A DNA stretch of 64,000 bases from a virus (Duplodnaviria; Heunggongvirae; Uroviricota; Caudoviricetes): positions 11,134-75,133 of IMG/VR virus record IMGVR_UViG_3300044591_001876; one strand, given 5' to 3'. Positions 26,969 through 36,878 of the stretch are shown piece by piece (within the stretch, counting starts at the first letter, position 1; every line of letters begins with the position of its first letter). The notes under the pieces are model-generated. The model did not search any database. It saw only the letters and a list, made by a program, of their open reading frames with translations, and was not told the DNA's origin. The position numbers and the translations under genes are program-made.

Positions 26969-28528
26969 ATGGCATCATCAACTTTTAGTGCTACCTACAC
27001 ATCTAGCCAAACTATATCTATTCCAGCAAATGCTACCAACATTTCTATTCAAGTTGCTGCTGCTAGGGGTGGATCTGGTGGTTATGATGCCAATACTCCT
27101 GGGGGAACTTATGGAGCTGGTAGATTCGGAACATTTAATATACAACCATCATTTGTTGCTAGAAATTTACAATTTAATATTGGTACGATTGGTGGCGATG
27201 GAACGAGTAGCCAAGGTAGTGCTCCTGGTGGCGGTGGGGGTGGTGGTGTTGCTTCTGGTGGAACAGGTGGTCGTGCTGGTCCACAGGGATCTTCTGGAGG
27301 TGGCGGTGGCGGTGGCGGAGCCACTGGTGTTTATGATAGTTATTCTGGTTCTTGGATCATTGTTGCTGGTGGCGGCGGCGGTGGCGGTGGAGCAGCATAC
27401 CCAGGCGTTAATGGTTTAATAGGTGATGTTGCTCTTAATTGGGTAGGTTCTGTTTCTCCAATCAGTAACGGTGGTGGTGGTGGTAATTGTCCTAGTGATG
27501 GATCTGGTGGTGGTGGAGGCGGAGGTGGTGCTAGCGGAGGAGGTGGAGGATATAATGGTTTTGACGTGAGTGTTGGAAACGTCAATGCTAGGGGTGGATA
27601 CGGTGGTGGTAGCGGATATAACACTACATACGCTTCATTAACTTCATCAAATATTAATAATGGTAACGGATATATTTTTATTCAATACACTTTATTAACT
27701 CCAGAAATTAATAATTTTTCGGCAAATCCAAATCCACAAACTAGTGGATCTGATGGTATTCAAAATTATGACACTACATTAAGTTGGAATACATCAGATA
27801 CAACATCTGTTTCTATAAGTAATATTGGTGTGGTTGGTTCTAGTGGTTCTGCTAGTATTACAAATTTACCTCAATCAACAGTTGGTTCGTCTTCTCCTGC
27901 CACGAGATCTTATACATTAACTGCTTGTGCTGGATCTAATTGTGTCAATCAAACTATAACCGTTGAAGTTTTTAATGATAATACACCAGATAATTATAGT
28001 ATTTCTAATCAAAGTAATTTAGAACCAAATACTTTAACGACTACCAGTACAACAACTATAACTGGAATTGATATGCAAACTATAGTATCTGCTGGACCAG
28101 GAGTTCAAGTTTCTAATAATAGCGTAAATTGGTCTGGATCTGTTTTGGTATCAAATAATAACGTAATTTTTGCTAGAGCTTCGTCTCCTCCATTTAATAC
28201 AGATCCTTCTGGTTTAACTAATTCTTCACAGTTTTACATTGATATTGGTCCAGTTAGAAGATTTTTTACACTGACAACAAGAGCACCAGATGTCAGTGAA
28301 ACGTTTAATTTTTCTAATAAAGATGATAAAGTTCCTTATCCAGATATAGACACTATAACAACTCCTCCAGACAATCCAGCGGAACAATATATTAGTTCGA
28401 ATACTTTAAGTGTCGATGATATTGAAATACCAGTTGAAATTAAAACCAATAATTCAAATATACAGATTAGAGTAAAACGAGCTGGAGCTAGCAGTTGGGA
28501 AAATTGGCAAGATACTAGATCAATATAA
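26969..28528 (+). CDS. Tail fiber paralog 3: highly Gly-rich N-terminus + conserved C-terminal module
   Basis: N-term 240 aa with G8-G10 runs encoded by (GGN)n tracts; C-terminal module as in paralogs 1-2. Confidence 0.6.
   Translation: MASSTFSATYTSSQTISIPANATNISIQVAAARGGSGGYDANTPGGTYGAGRFGTFNIQPSFVARNLQFNIGTIGGDGTSSQGSAPGGGGGGGVASGGTGGRAGPQGSSGGGGGGGGATGVYDSYSGSWIIVAGGGGGGGGAAYPGVNGLIGDVALNWVGSVSPISNGGGGGNCPSDGSGGGGGGGGASGGGGGYNGFDVSVGNVNARGGYGGGSGYNTTYASLTSSNINNGNGYIFIQYTLLTPEINNFSANPNPQTSGSDGIQNYDTTLSWNTSDTTSVSISNIGVVGSSGSASITNLPQSTVGSSSPATRSYTLTACAGSNCVNQTITVEVFNDNTPDNYSISNQSNLEPNTLTTTSTTTITGIDMQTIVSAGPGVQVSNNSVNWSGSVLVSNNNVIFARASSPPFNTDPSGLTNSSQFYIDIGPVRRFFTLTTRAPDVSETFNFSNKDDKVPYPDIDTITTPPDNPAEQYISSNTLSVDDIEIPVEIKTNNSNIQIRVKRAGASSWENWQDTRSI
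27225..27560 (+). repeat. (GGN)n simple-sequence tracts encoding polyglycine
   Basis: Runs such as GGTGGCGGTGGGGGTGGTGGTG, GGAGGTGGCGGTGGCGGTGGCGGA, GGTGGCGGCGGCGGTGGCGGTGGA; similar tracts at 24355-24380, 30690-30710, 30940-31040, 31160-31200. Confidence 0.7.
27698..28528 (+). repeat. Conserved C-terminal-module repeat, copy 3
   Basis: See copy 1. Confidence 0.6.
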
Positions 28529-28550
28529 ATACAAAAAATAAGGTGATGAT

Positions 28551-28727
28551 ATGAAAAAGACATTTGTAGATGCCCCCAACATGTCTCCGAAAGAAGAGTA
28601 CTATCGCTCACAAATTATTTCTGTAAATAACATTAAAGAAAACGAAAAATTAGAAATTAAAGCATCGGAACCAATTCAAGTTAGAATTAATGGGGGACCA
28701 TGGCAAGATATAAGACCACTACAGTGA
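28551..28727 (+). CDS. 58-aa mini-ORF resembling the extreme C-terminus of the fiber paralogs
   Basis: ATG 28551 with AAGGTGA RBS; ...KLEIKASEPIQVRINGGPWQDIRPLQ parallels ...EIPVEIKTNNSNVQIRVK..W.NWQD.RSI; below ORF-track cutoff. Confidence 0.4.
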   Translation: MKKTFVDAPNMSPKEEYYRSQIISVNNIKENEKLEIKASEPIQVRINGGPWQDIRPLQ

Positions 28728-28735
28728 ATATAAAT
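28728..28735 (+). promoter_or_regulatory. T4-type late promoter (TATAAATA exact)
   Basis: 29 nt upstream of ATG 28765. Confidence 0.55.
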
Positions 28736-28764
28736 AAAGAATAGCGGATATTGTCATAAAATAA

Positions 28765-31700
28765 ATGCCATTTAGTAGTACGCCAGTATATGTTGGGCTT
28801 GGAGATCAAGTAGAAGTTAGATACCCAACACCATCAACTTGGAATACAAAAGTATCAGTTAACGTTCAAATTGGAACTGGTTCTGATCCTGATGGCATTA
28901 TTTTTGGTACGAGAATACCAGATTCGAGACCAGATAGTTTTAGCTTTAACGATCAACAAGCATTTATTAACACAAGTACCACAACAGTACTTACAACAAT
29001 TGAAAGATCTACTACATATTATTCAAATGAAATTTTAGTTAATGGAATTGAAATTGAAATTCCTGCTGTAGTAACGGTTACTACTAGTGGTCCGAAAGGA
29101 ACTACGACAGGAGCAAATGCCGCTGCTGCTTTTAGAATAGATCGTGGTGGTTCTATAGGTCCTTGGATTACGTCAGGAACTGTACGTCAAGGCGATAAGA
29201 TCAGATTACGATTAACCACCGAAAATTGGTATACTACAACAACTAATGTAACCCTCAGACTTTCAGATGAAACGTGGGGAACAAATGTAGGGCAACCTAG
29301 TGCTGTAGTAAGTGATACTTGGTCTGTTACTACACGAGCACAAGATCAACTTGTAAATTCTTGGCAGTTTACTGATTTTGTTGATGTTATTGCTACAGAA
29401 TTTGGTACATACAAAACACAAAATATACCCATCACTGGCATTGATTCTGATGCTGTTTTAAGAGCTACATCTACTGGTAATGTACAGATTTCTAAAGATA
29501 ATTCAACTTGGTCTCAATCTGTAACTGGTCTTGTTTTAAACAATACATTATATACACGAATTGCTATTGGATCTACGTATACAACTAAAACATCTGGATC
29601 CGTAACTATTTTTTCAAATGATGCTGATACTTTAACTGGCGGTTACGAAAATAACGATGCTGGAACTTATGGGTCTGGAACTTTTCAAGTAATACAAGCA
29701 ATTGGAACTGTAACAGATAACTGGTATGTTTGGACAGAAGTAGATAGATATCCAAATACTGTTTCTTTATCTCCTATTTTTACTCCATCCGATGATGGAA
29801 CAATTGATAATGTTGTAGTTAGTTCTACAAATACTTTTAATGCTGCTGAACCAGACAGAACTTATTTTACCAATTTCAATATTTCTGGATTGGGTACAGA
29901 ATATCCAAGCAATACATATGCTGAAGCAGCAACCCCAATTAATCCTTCGTATCTTTCTAGTTCACTACCGTTAAATACTACTCCAACTTCAAATCAAACT
30001 GTACAAGTTCTTTGTTCTGTAACTAGTGGTGATGCTCAAATTAGAAAGAATAATACAGGAACTTGGGTACAACAATTATATGTTCAAAATGGCGATCAAG
30101 TAAATTTAAGATTAACTGCTTCTCCCAATTTCAATACTACAAAAACTAGTTCAATTAGAATATCTGGTCCTCCATCAGCTGGTCCTAATGGGAACCCCAC
30201 GGCAGGTCCAACAACACCTACATTTGCTGATAAAGTAGATACAATTACTTTAAAAACACGACTTTCTAGAAGCACTCCATATCCATTCAGAGCTAGAGAT
30301 AATTATACCGCTTTGCCTGGACAAACATATATTGTAACCATACCAATTGCTGGTCTTGATGTAGCTACCACAGCACAAGCAGTAGATGCCGAATCAACTG
30401 TAGGAGCAAATGTACAAGTAAGTGTAGATAACGTAACATTTGCTAAAACTGTTACTGTTCCTGCTACTGCTGAAGTAGTATATGTAAGAGCAACTGCTTC
30501 AAATACTCAAGGTAATGTTGTTAGTGCTGCTTATAGAATTGGAAGCACTACTGATGTTTGGAAAATACAAACACAAATAGAAGACAATATTTATGCTAGT
30601 TACAGTGGTGGTGTTGGTGCTAGTGGGTCTTTTGTTGAATATAATCTCCCAGCTTATGTACAGCAATTATCTTTTGTAATGTATGGTGGTGGTGGCGGAA
30701 ATGGTGGTGATGATGCCCCAAATAGTTTTGGTGGAAGGGGTGGTTTTAGTACAATATTAAAGGGTGTAATTAATTTACCTCAAGAAGTGTTGAATGATGA
30801 CAATTTAAGAAATCTAAAAATATATACAGGAAATTCTGGTAGATTTGGTGTAAATTTCTTGAGTGGTGCTCAAGGTGGAGCTGGTGGTTGGGGTTATGCT
30901 ATTGGTGGTGATGGTGGTAATGCTGGTCCTAGCGATAAATCAGGTGGAGGAGGCGGAGGCGGTGGTGCTTCCGCTATTACATTAGGGGATGGAACTTTAC
31001 TTGTTATGGCTGGAGGTGGTGGCGGCGGTGCTGGTGCTGGTAATGACACTACGCTTCAACAAACAAATCAAAATGGCAACTATACAGGAATAACTACATT
31101 AAGAACATCTTTAAATGGATTGAATTTTAATGGTTCTGATGGTCAATCTAATCTCACCGATGGTGGTGGTGGAGGCGGTGGTGGTGGTGGCTTTGGAGCT
31201 GGTGGAATAATTCCGCCAAACAAAGTTGATGAAAGTGGTGTTGTAATCCAAACAACTGATTTAGATGCTATTGGTGGCACAACTGGAGATCTTTATTATA
31301 ATTCAAATTACGCCACAATAACAGAAACAACTGGTTTAAATTTGGGTGCTGGACCACAAGAGTTTGGCTATGTAATGTTAACTTATTCTCCGCAGGACAT
31401 TACACCAGAACCATTTTTCTTCCCTGAAGTAGATAATGCTTCTCCTGCTACTCAATACACTTCAGAAAAAGTTCAAATTTTTGGAATCACTGGTGGAGTT
31501 ATATCTACATTGATTGGTAATAATGCCCAAGTTAGAACTTGTAATCCAAATGATCCAAATACCTGTGGAGCATGGGGACAATCAGCAATTATTTTCAATG
31601 AAGGATATGTTCAAGTCAGATTTACAACTGGCAATGATTATTTTACGACTTACAGAGCAAACGTTACGATTGGTAATGTAACTTCATTCTTTAATGTAAA

Positions 31701-34233
31701 TACTGGCGAACCCCCAGATAATAATCCAGCGCCATTTACAATACCAAATAAAATAGATCAAGCAGTTAATACTTTAATTGAAAGTGATATTGTGTATGTG
31801 TCTGGGATTAACATACCAGTAAATATAACTGCTAGCAATGGAGCACAAATTTCTATTTGTACTCCATCTGGGACATGTGATACCTACCAAAATTCTCCTA
31901 GACAAATATCGAACGGTCAGGGCTTTAAGGTTAGATTGTTATCATCACCAGATAATTTAACATCTGTTTTTACTGACGTAGCTATAGGAACTGGTCCATC
32001 AGTTGAGTGGGAAGTTAGAACAATTAAAAGTTTTGATACTTCGCCAATCGGTTTTATTTTCACTGATTTATCTAATGTTCCGCTCAATACTCTCGTAAAT
32101 AGTAACACCAGAACAATACAGGGTATTGATACATCTATTGTTGCTACTGTGACTGGTGGAGCTTCTGTAATATTAAATGCCAATACAGCAAATCCAATAC
32201 TTCCTGTCGGAAATACAACCACATTCACTGTAAGCAATCTTGATAGTATTCAATTACGATATACGACTAGCGGTATAAATGGAGATCCAAAACAATTTAT
32301 TGTAACTGTTGGAACTTATAGCACTACATGGACAGTCACAAACGAAGGGCAGTTAGGAACAACACCAACACCATTTTTATTCACGCCAGTACTTGCTACT
32401 GGTCCTGGTACATTTACTGATTCTGAAATTATCACAATTAGTGGTCTGGGTCAAACAGTAAGTATATTTTCTACTGGTGGTGGATTAATTAGTATCAATG
32501 GTGGTAGTTTTCAATTGTTGACTGCCTCTAATCCAGGAACTGTTAGTAATGGTAATACAATTAGAGTTAGATTAAAATCAAGTGAAATAGAAGCATTTTC
32601 TCTTTCTACCAATATATACGTTGGTTCATTTAATACCCCATTCTCGGTAATTACCCCTGGACCAGAGCCAGAACCTGTATTTGGGCAGTATTACAGCAGT
32701 CCTTTTGTAATTAAGGTATTAGGTTCCGATCAAATTAAATTTAATACTAAATTTGATGGCATGGCAATTGGATCAATTATGCCTGTATTTAAAGATAATA
32801 CCCAAGTAGATGAATGGGGAATTTCTGAGGATAAATTGAATGGTAAAGCCAACTCTAGATTTCCTGGGTGGATTTATTGTGATGGTAGATTTGTTTCACC
32901 ACAAGATTATCCACTTCTTTATCAAGTAATTGGAAATACTTTCGGGGCAAATCTTGCTGGGGAATTTAGAGTTCCTGACATGAGAAATAGAAAACTTCTC
33001 GGAACAGGAAACGTAGATAACCAATCACCATCTTCGCCAATTGTCACACCAGAATATGGTCCAGCAAAACAAAGTGGAAATGGTTCTGCTTTTATTCCAG
33101 GATCTTTTGGTGGAATGTGGTACATTGACACTATTGCCGATCCTGGTATAGATGAATTGGAACAAGTAGAAACCCCAGCAACTGGACAACCAGCTCAAGA
33201 TAGTCAATTTTTTGCTGTTGCTCAAATTATCACAACTGGTTATTCTGAAGTATCAGATACAATCGAATTTGCTGTTAGTGGACAAGTATCTGGTCAGGTT
33301 TCTTTAAAAGAAACTAAACTTTTTGATGTTCCATTCCACCAGCATAATCTTATTACTGGACAAGCTGATTTAGGTAGTGTTAAAGGAAGAGTTGGGTGGG
33401 GAAGTCCTGGTGGTGCCCCTAGTGGAGTTGATATAGGACAAAAAGGCGGAAATTCAGCATCTCCTCCTCTAGAAGGAACGGCAACTATTAATCTGTGGGG
33501 ATATCATACTGGGAATCAATATCAATTGCTGAGCGATCCTTCAAATAGTGATGAAAGCGCCAACACTCTTAGAACAACTAATTCAATTGCTACATATGGT
33601 ACTGTTTGGGGTAAAAAAATCGGAGAATATGGTTTATGTCTCCCTCCAGGAAAACAAGGAAACTTCTTAAATCCTAATACAGATCCTGGACCAACTCAGG
33701 ATGAATATCAATGTATTGAGTTTTTACAAATATTTGATACGTCTTGTGGTAGCCCTACTACTGCCGAAATTCATAATTCAATTACTATTAGACAGCCAAA
33801 CTCAGCAATATTTGGTGAAATTTATAATTACGTAGATAATAATGCTTTGCCAGCAGACACAGTTTCTGGCAATAATTTAAGATGGATTGGAGCTGTAACT
33901 ATTCCTAGAAGATTTATTAGCGTTTCTAAGTTTTCTCCTTCAACAAAACTTTCCCATTCCCATTATCTTTCGTTGTCTGCTATAACTAATACTAATACCG
34001 TATTTTCTTATGGTAATAGTATTGGGGGCGGAACATCGTTTGGTGGGGCACCTACCAATTCTTCAGTTTCTGTCGTATTTACTGCTGCTCAAGTTGGACT
34101 TGAAGTTTTCCCAGGAACATTTACTTTAGGTTTAGGAAAACAGTTGATACCGTCGCCAGCATTCTCTCCAAATGATTTGGTGCCACTTGTTACACCTTAT
34201 ACTAAAGTTAGATGGGTAATCAAAGCATATTAA
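28765..34233 (+). CDS. Large tail fiber protein (1822 aa) with central Gly-rich region and C-terminal tail-collar domain
   Basis: RFPGWIYCDGRFVSPQDYPLLYQVIGNTFG..FRVPDMRNRKLLG collar motif near aa 1370; internal GGGGGGGG runs similar to paralog 3 N-terminus. Confidence 0.65.
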   Translation: MPFSSTPVYVGLGDQVEVRYPTPSTWNTKVSVNVQIGTGSDPDGIIFGTRIPDSRPDSFSFNDQQAFINTSTTTVLTTIERSTTYYSNEILVNGIEIEIPAVVTVTTSGPKGTTTGANAAAAFRIDRGGSIGPWITSGTVRQGDKIRLRLTTENWYTTTTNVTLRLSDETWGTNVGQPSAVVSDTWSVTTRAQDQLVNSWQFTDFVDVIATEFGTYKTQNIPITGIDSDAVLRATSTGNVQISKDNSTWSQSVTGLVLNNTLYTRIAIGSTYTTKTSGSVTIFSNDADTLTGGYENNDAGTYGSGTFQVIQAIGTVTDNWYVWTEVDRYPNTVSLSPIFTPSDDGTIDNVVVSSTNTFNAAEPDRTYFTNFNISGLGTEYPSNTYAEAATPINPSYLSSSLPLNTTPTSNQTVQVLCSVTSGDAQIRKNNTGTWVQQLYVQNGDQVNLRLTASPNFNTTKTSSIRISGPPSAGPNGNPTAGPTTPTFADKVDTITLKTRLSRSTPYPFRARDNYTALPGQTYIVTIPIAGLDVATTAQAVDAESTVGANVQVSVDNVTFAKTVTVPATAEVVYVRATASNTQGNVVSAAYRIGSTTDVWKIQTQIEDNIYASYSGGVGASGSFVEYNLPAYVQQLSFVMYGGGGGNGGDDAPNSFGGRGGFSTILKGVINLPQEVLNDDNLRNLKIYTGNSGRFGVNFLSGAQGGAGGWGYAIGGDGGNAGPSDKSGGGGGGGGASAITLGDGTLLVMAGGGGGGAGAGNDTTLQQTNQNGNYTGITTLRTSLNGLNFNGSDGQSNLTDGGGGGGGGGGFGAGGIIPPNKVDESGVVIQTTDLDAIGGTTGDLYYNSNYATITETTGLNLGAGPQEFGYVMLTYSPQDITPEPFFFPEVDNASPATQYTSEKVQIFGITGGVISTLIGNNAQVRTCNPNDPNTCGAWGQSAIIFNEGYVQVRFTTGNDYFTTYRANVTIGNVTSFFNVNTGEPPDNNPAPFTIPNKIDQAVNTLIESDIVYVSGINIPVNITASNGAQISICTPSGTCDTYQNSPRQISNGQGFKVRLLSSPDNLTSVFTDVAIGTGPSVEWEVRTIKSFDTSPIGFIFTDLSNVPLNTLVNSNTRTIQGIDTSIVATVTGGASVILNANTANPILPVGNTTTFTVSNLDSIQLRYTTSGINGDPKQFIVTVGTYSTTWTVTNEGQLGTTPTPFLFTPVLATGPGTFTDSEIITISGLGQTVSIFSTGGGLISINGGSFQLLTASNPGTVSNGNTIRVRLKSSEIEAFSLSTNIYVGSFNTPFSVITPGPEPEPVFGQYYSSPFVIKVLGSDQIKFNTKFDGMAIGSIMPVFKDNTQVDEWGISEDKLNGKANSRFPGWIYCDGRFVSPQDYPLLYQVIGNTFGANLAGEFRVPDMRNRKLLGTGNVDNQSPSSPIVTPEYGPAKQSGNGSAFIPGSFGGMWYIDTIADPGIDELEQVETPATGQPAQDSQFFAVAQIITTGYSEVSDTIEFAVSGQVSGQVSLKETKLFDVPFHQHNLITGQADLGSVKGRVGWGSPGGAPSGVDIGQKGGNSASPPLEGTATINLWGYHTGNQYQLLSDPSNSDESANTLRTTNSIATYGTVWGKKIGEYGLCLPPGKQGNFLNPNTDPGPTQDEYQCIEFLQIFDTSCGSPTTAEIHNSITIRQPNSAIFGEIYNYVDNNALPADTVSGNNLRWIGAVTIPRRFISVSKFSPSTKLSHSHYLSLSAITNTNTVFSYGNSIGGGTSFGGAPTNSSVSVVFTAAQVGLEVFPGTFTLGLGKQLIPSPAFSPNDLVPLVTPYTKVRWVIKAY

Positions 34234-34241
34234 AATAAATA
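34234..34241 (+). promoter_or_regulatory. T4-type late promoter (AATAAATA)
   Basis: 17 nt upstream of ATG 34259. Confidence 0.45.
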
Positions 34242-34258
34242 CTAAAAAAACTACAGCA

Positions 34259-35200
34259 ATGGGAAAATTAAATTTTAATCCTGACGATTTTGTATTTGAA
34301 AAGTTGCCTTCTCCTGATGAGAAAAAAACAATTCTTGAGTATGATGCAAAAAACAGATTAATTCTTCTAAGAACTAAAGACGAAACTGGTAATTATGTTT
34401 ACAACAGTGTAGTAATTAGTTCGGCAATCAATGAAAATATTTTAAAAAATATTCCTGATGAGTGGTCAAATGACAACGATAGAATTATTTTGTTCGCCAT
34501 CTACGAAAATGGTGATTATATAATTGAAAAGGAAAAATTGAAATATGATTTTTCTACAAAAAATACTAGATGGATTCAATATACATCTGACTTCTTAACT
34601 ATAGAACAAGCAAAAGAATTATATAATATTCTGAATGCTGCTATCACTATCGACACGGAAGTAAAAAATTATAATGCTACTAAAGAGTATTTGGAATTAT
34701 CTAAAACTGCTTATTATCTTTCCGAATTCAATAAAAAAAATGATCATTTTATTGAGGAATTGTTGAGAGGAACTGATCATAAGGTTCTCCCAGATGCTCC
34801 AGAACTTTTTGAAAATGAAAAGGAAATGTGGATTACGTGGAGAAATAAACTTCGTGATTTGGATAAAATCCGTGATGATTTTGAAACTGATTTAGATTAT
34901 ATAATTTGGATTGAGGAAATGAAATGGCCCATAAGACCAGATCAATACTATTCAAAGTATTCTAATTTAGAAGAGGAATATTTAAGTACTCCAGATCAAT
35001 TTGTAAATAATCCACAATTTTTGAATCTTAAATCATCTTCCGATTCAACAATGGAAGTTACAAAATTTGCTGAAATGATTAGAACGTATGAAGTATCTGG
35101 GTTTGAAATTAACCCAACAACATCAAAACTTGTGGCCAAATATAATTTAATTAAAGATATCGAAGAGTTTAAAACTATTAAAATGAAGGAGATGGAATGA
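34259..35200 (+). CDS. Hypothetical protein (313 aa), late-expressed
   Basis: ORF with late promoter; K/E/D/N-rich; no recognisable motif. Confidence 0.5.
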   Translation: MGKLNFNPDDFVFEKLPSPDEKKTILEYDAKNRLILLRTKDETGNYVYNSVVISSAINENILKNIPDEWSNDNDRIILFAIYENGDYIIEKEKLKYDFSTKNTRWIQYTSDFLTIEQAKELYNILNAAITIDTEVKNYNATKEYLELSKTAYYLSEFNKKNDHFIEELLRGTDHKVLPDAPELFENEKEMWITWRNKLRDLDKIRDDFETDLDYIIWIEEMKWPIRPDQYYSKYSNLEEEYLSTPDQFVNNPQFLNLKSSSDSTMEVTKFAEMIRTYEVSGFEINPTTSKLVAKYNLIKDIEEFKTIKMKEME

Positions 35201-35586
35201 TGATAACTAGAGATTTTTTAGAGTGGATTGAATACTATACAGAAACTCAGAAAAAAACGATGATGATTCTGAGAACTGTTGGACCAGACAATGTAACGGA
35301 CACGGAAAAAGCAAATCAAATTTATTCAGCATATTATCAAAATCTACAGCCAGAATCACCTGAGTTATTTGACAAACTATTGTATAATGAATTTACATTT
35401 GTGGAATTTGATACCGAAGAGCAAGCATATCTATTTGCCACTGAGAATTTTCCAATGAATCGAGATGGCGATCCTGATTATTTTGTTCAGGTTGTGGTAT
35501 TTTCGAACGGTAATTTGGCTTACTCGAACGATAATCTACGATCATTTTCTGACAGAATACCGCCCCCAGTTCAGCCACCTGCTTAA
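35197..35586 (+). CDS. Hypothetical protein (129 aa)
   Basis: ATGA overlap with upstream gene. Confidence 0.5.
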   Translation: MMITRDFLEWIEYYTETQKKTMMILRTVGPDNVTDTEKANQIYSAYYQNLQPESPELFDKLLYNEFTFVEFDTEEQAYLFATENFPMNRDGDPDYFVQVVVFSNGNLAYSNDNLRSFSDRIPPPVQPPA

Positions 35587-35593
35587 TTGGCAC

Positions 35594-35629
35594 AAGGGGG
35601 TTGACTGCCCTCTTTTTTTGTGCCATACT
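35594..35629 (+). terminator. Composite element: G5/C-run hairpin + T7 terminator whose loop is the -35 TTGACT of a sigma70-like promoter
   Basis: cacaaGGGGG-TTGACTG-CCCTC-TTTTTTT, then 17-nt spacer to CATACT (35624-35629). Confidence 0.55.
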
Positions 35630-35651
35630 ATCTTTATTGAAACGCTTCGCC

Positions 35652-36878
35652 ATGAAACTCCGCCCTCAACAAGAGCAGAGCATTGCCGCCATGATCAAGC
35701 ACCAGTTTGGGCAGATCATTGCTCCCACTGGAGCTGGCAAGACTCTCATCATGATTTATGATGCTATTCGTCGAATGAACGAATCTAGCAGACCACTGAC
35801 CATTGTTGTGTGTGCTCCTCGTATTCTCCTGGCAGAGCAGCTGTCCAGCGAGTTTCTTGAGCACATTGATTTTGCCAATATTCTTCACGTTCATAGCGGC
35901 GAGACTCATCACAAAAGCACCACCAAGCCCGATGTGATTGCTGCTTGGGATGAAGTTGTAGATAATCATAAACTCATTTTTACTACCTATAATTCTCTTC
36001 GTCGTGTTAACGAGTCAGAAATCAATATCGATGTTGCTTATTTTGATGAAGCCCACAATAGCACTCGTGTAGATTTCTTTGACTCTGTGGCATCCTGTAA
36101 TGCTACCAACTATTATTATTTCACTGCTACTCCTAAGCATCGTCGTTCTTCGCTTGGCACTGGCATGAACAACAGCATGGTATTCGGTCAGATTATTTCT
36201 AACATTTCAGCTCCAGAACTTGTAGAGCAAGGCAATATTCTTCGTCCTACCATTCAGATTCATGAAGTTGATTATGAGCGTCAGAAAGGTCTCACTGCTG
36301 CTGACAACGACGCCAGCACCCTGATCGACATGATCGACGGACTGGACTCTAGGAACGCCCAGAAGGTGCTTGTGGCTGCTCCCAGCAGCAAGATCCTCTG
36401 GCAAATGCTGTCGAGCACCAAGGTGCTCTCAGACCTCGCTGAGCGAGGCTTTGATGTTCTTCATATTACCAGCAAGTTTGGTGCTTATGTCAACCAAACC
36501 AAAGTTGATCGTGAGACTTTCTTCGACACTTTCAATTCTTGGGGTCAAGATCCTAACCGTAAGTTTATTATCTTCCACTACAGTATTCTGTCCGAAGGCA
36601 TCAACGTTCATGGTCTGACTCACACCATCTTGCTTCGTAACCTGCCGATTGTGGAAATGGCACAGACCATCGGGCGTGTGATCCGTCTTAACAAAGACGA
36701 CGCTAGGGACGTTGAGTGTGGTAAAATCGAGGCAGGAAACTTCGCTATGTACCGAAAGCCCACTGGGTTCGTCACCGTTCCCGTCTTCAAGAACTACGGC
36801 AAGAAAACCCAGCGTCGTCTGGAAGAAGTCGTAAACACCATTTTTGTTCAAGGTCAACCCGCCATTGATGTACGATGA
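35652..36878 (+). CDS. SF2 DEAH-box helicase (UvsW/ResIII-like core)
   Basis: Start taken at ATG 35652 (track uses TTG 35601); motif I APTGAGKT, II FDEAHNS, III FTATP, VI QTIGRVIR (same as T4 UvsW motif VI); GC ~50-60%. Confidence 0.7.
   Translation: MKLRPQQEQSIAAMIKHQFGQIIAPTGAGKTLIMIYDAIRRMNESSRPLTIVVCAPRILLAEQLSSEFLEHIDFANILHVHSGETHHKSTTKPDVIAAWDEVVDNHKLIFTTYNSLRRVNESEINIDVAYFDEAHNSTRVDFFDSVASCNATNYYYFTATPKHRRSSLGTGMNNSMVFGQIISNISAPELVEQGNILRPTIQIHEVDYERQKGLTAADNDASTLIDMIDGLDSRNAQKVLVAAPSSKILWQMLSSTKVLSDLAERGFDVLHITSKFGAYVNQTKVDRETFFDTFNSWGQDPNRKFIIFHYSILSEGINVHGLTHTILLRNLPIVEMAQTIGRVIRLNKDDARDVECGKIEAGNFAMYRKPTGFVTVPVFKNYGKKTQRRLEEVVNTIFVQGQPAIDVR

Noticed and set aside
27109-27624. Minus-strand ORFs encoding poly-proline (PPPPPPPP) peptides
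   Set aside because: They are the reverse complement of the (GGN)n polyglycine tracts inside + strand fiber gene 26969. Artefact of repeat composition.
35601-35651. TTG/GTG starts proposed by the ORF track (35601, 53309, 43785, 45405, 44945, 6860, 51736)
   Set aside because: Each lies inside a promoter/terminator element or an upstream gene. An in-frame ATG a few codons downstream gives a more plausible start.
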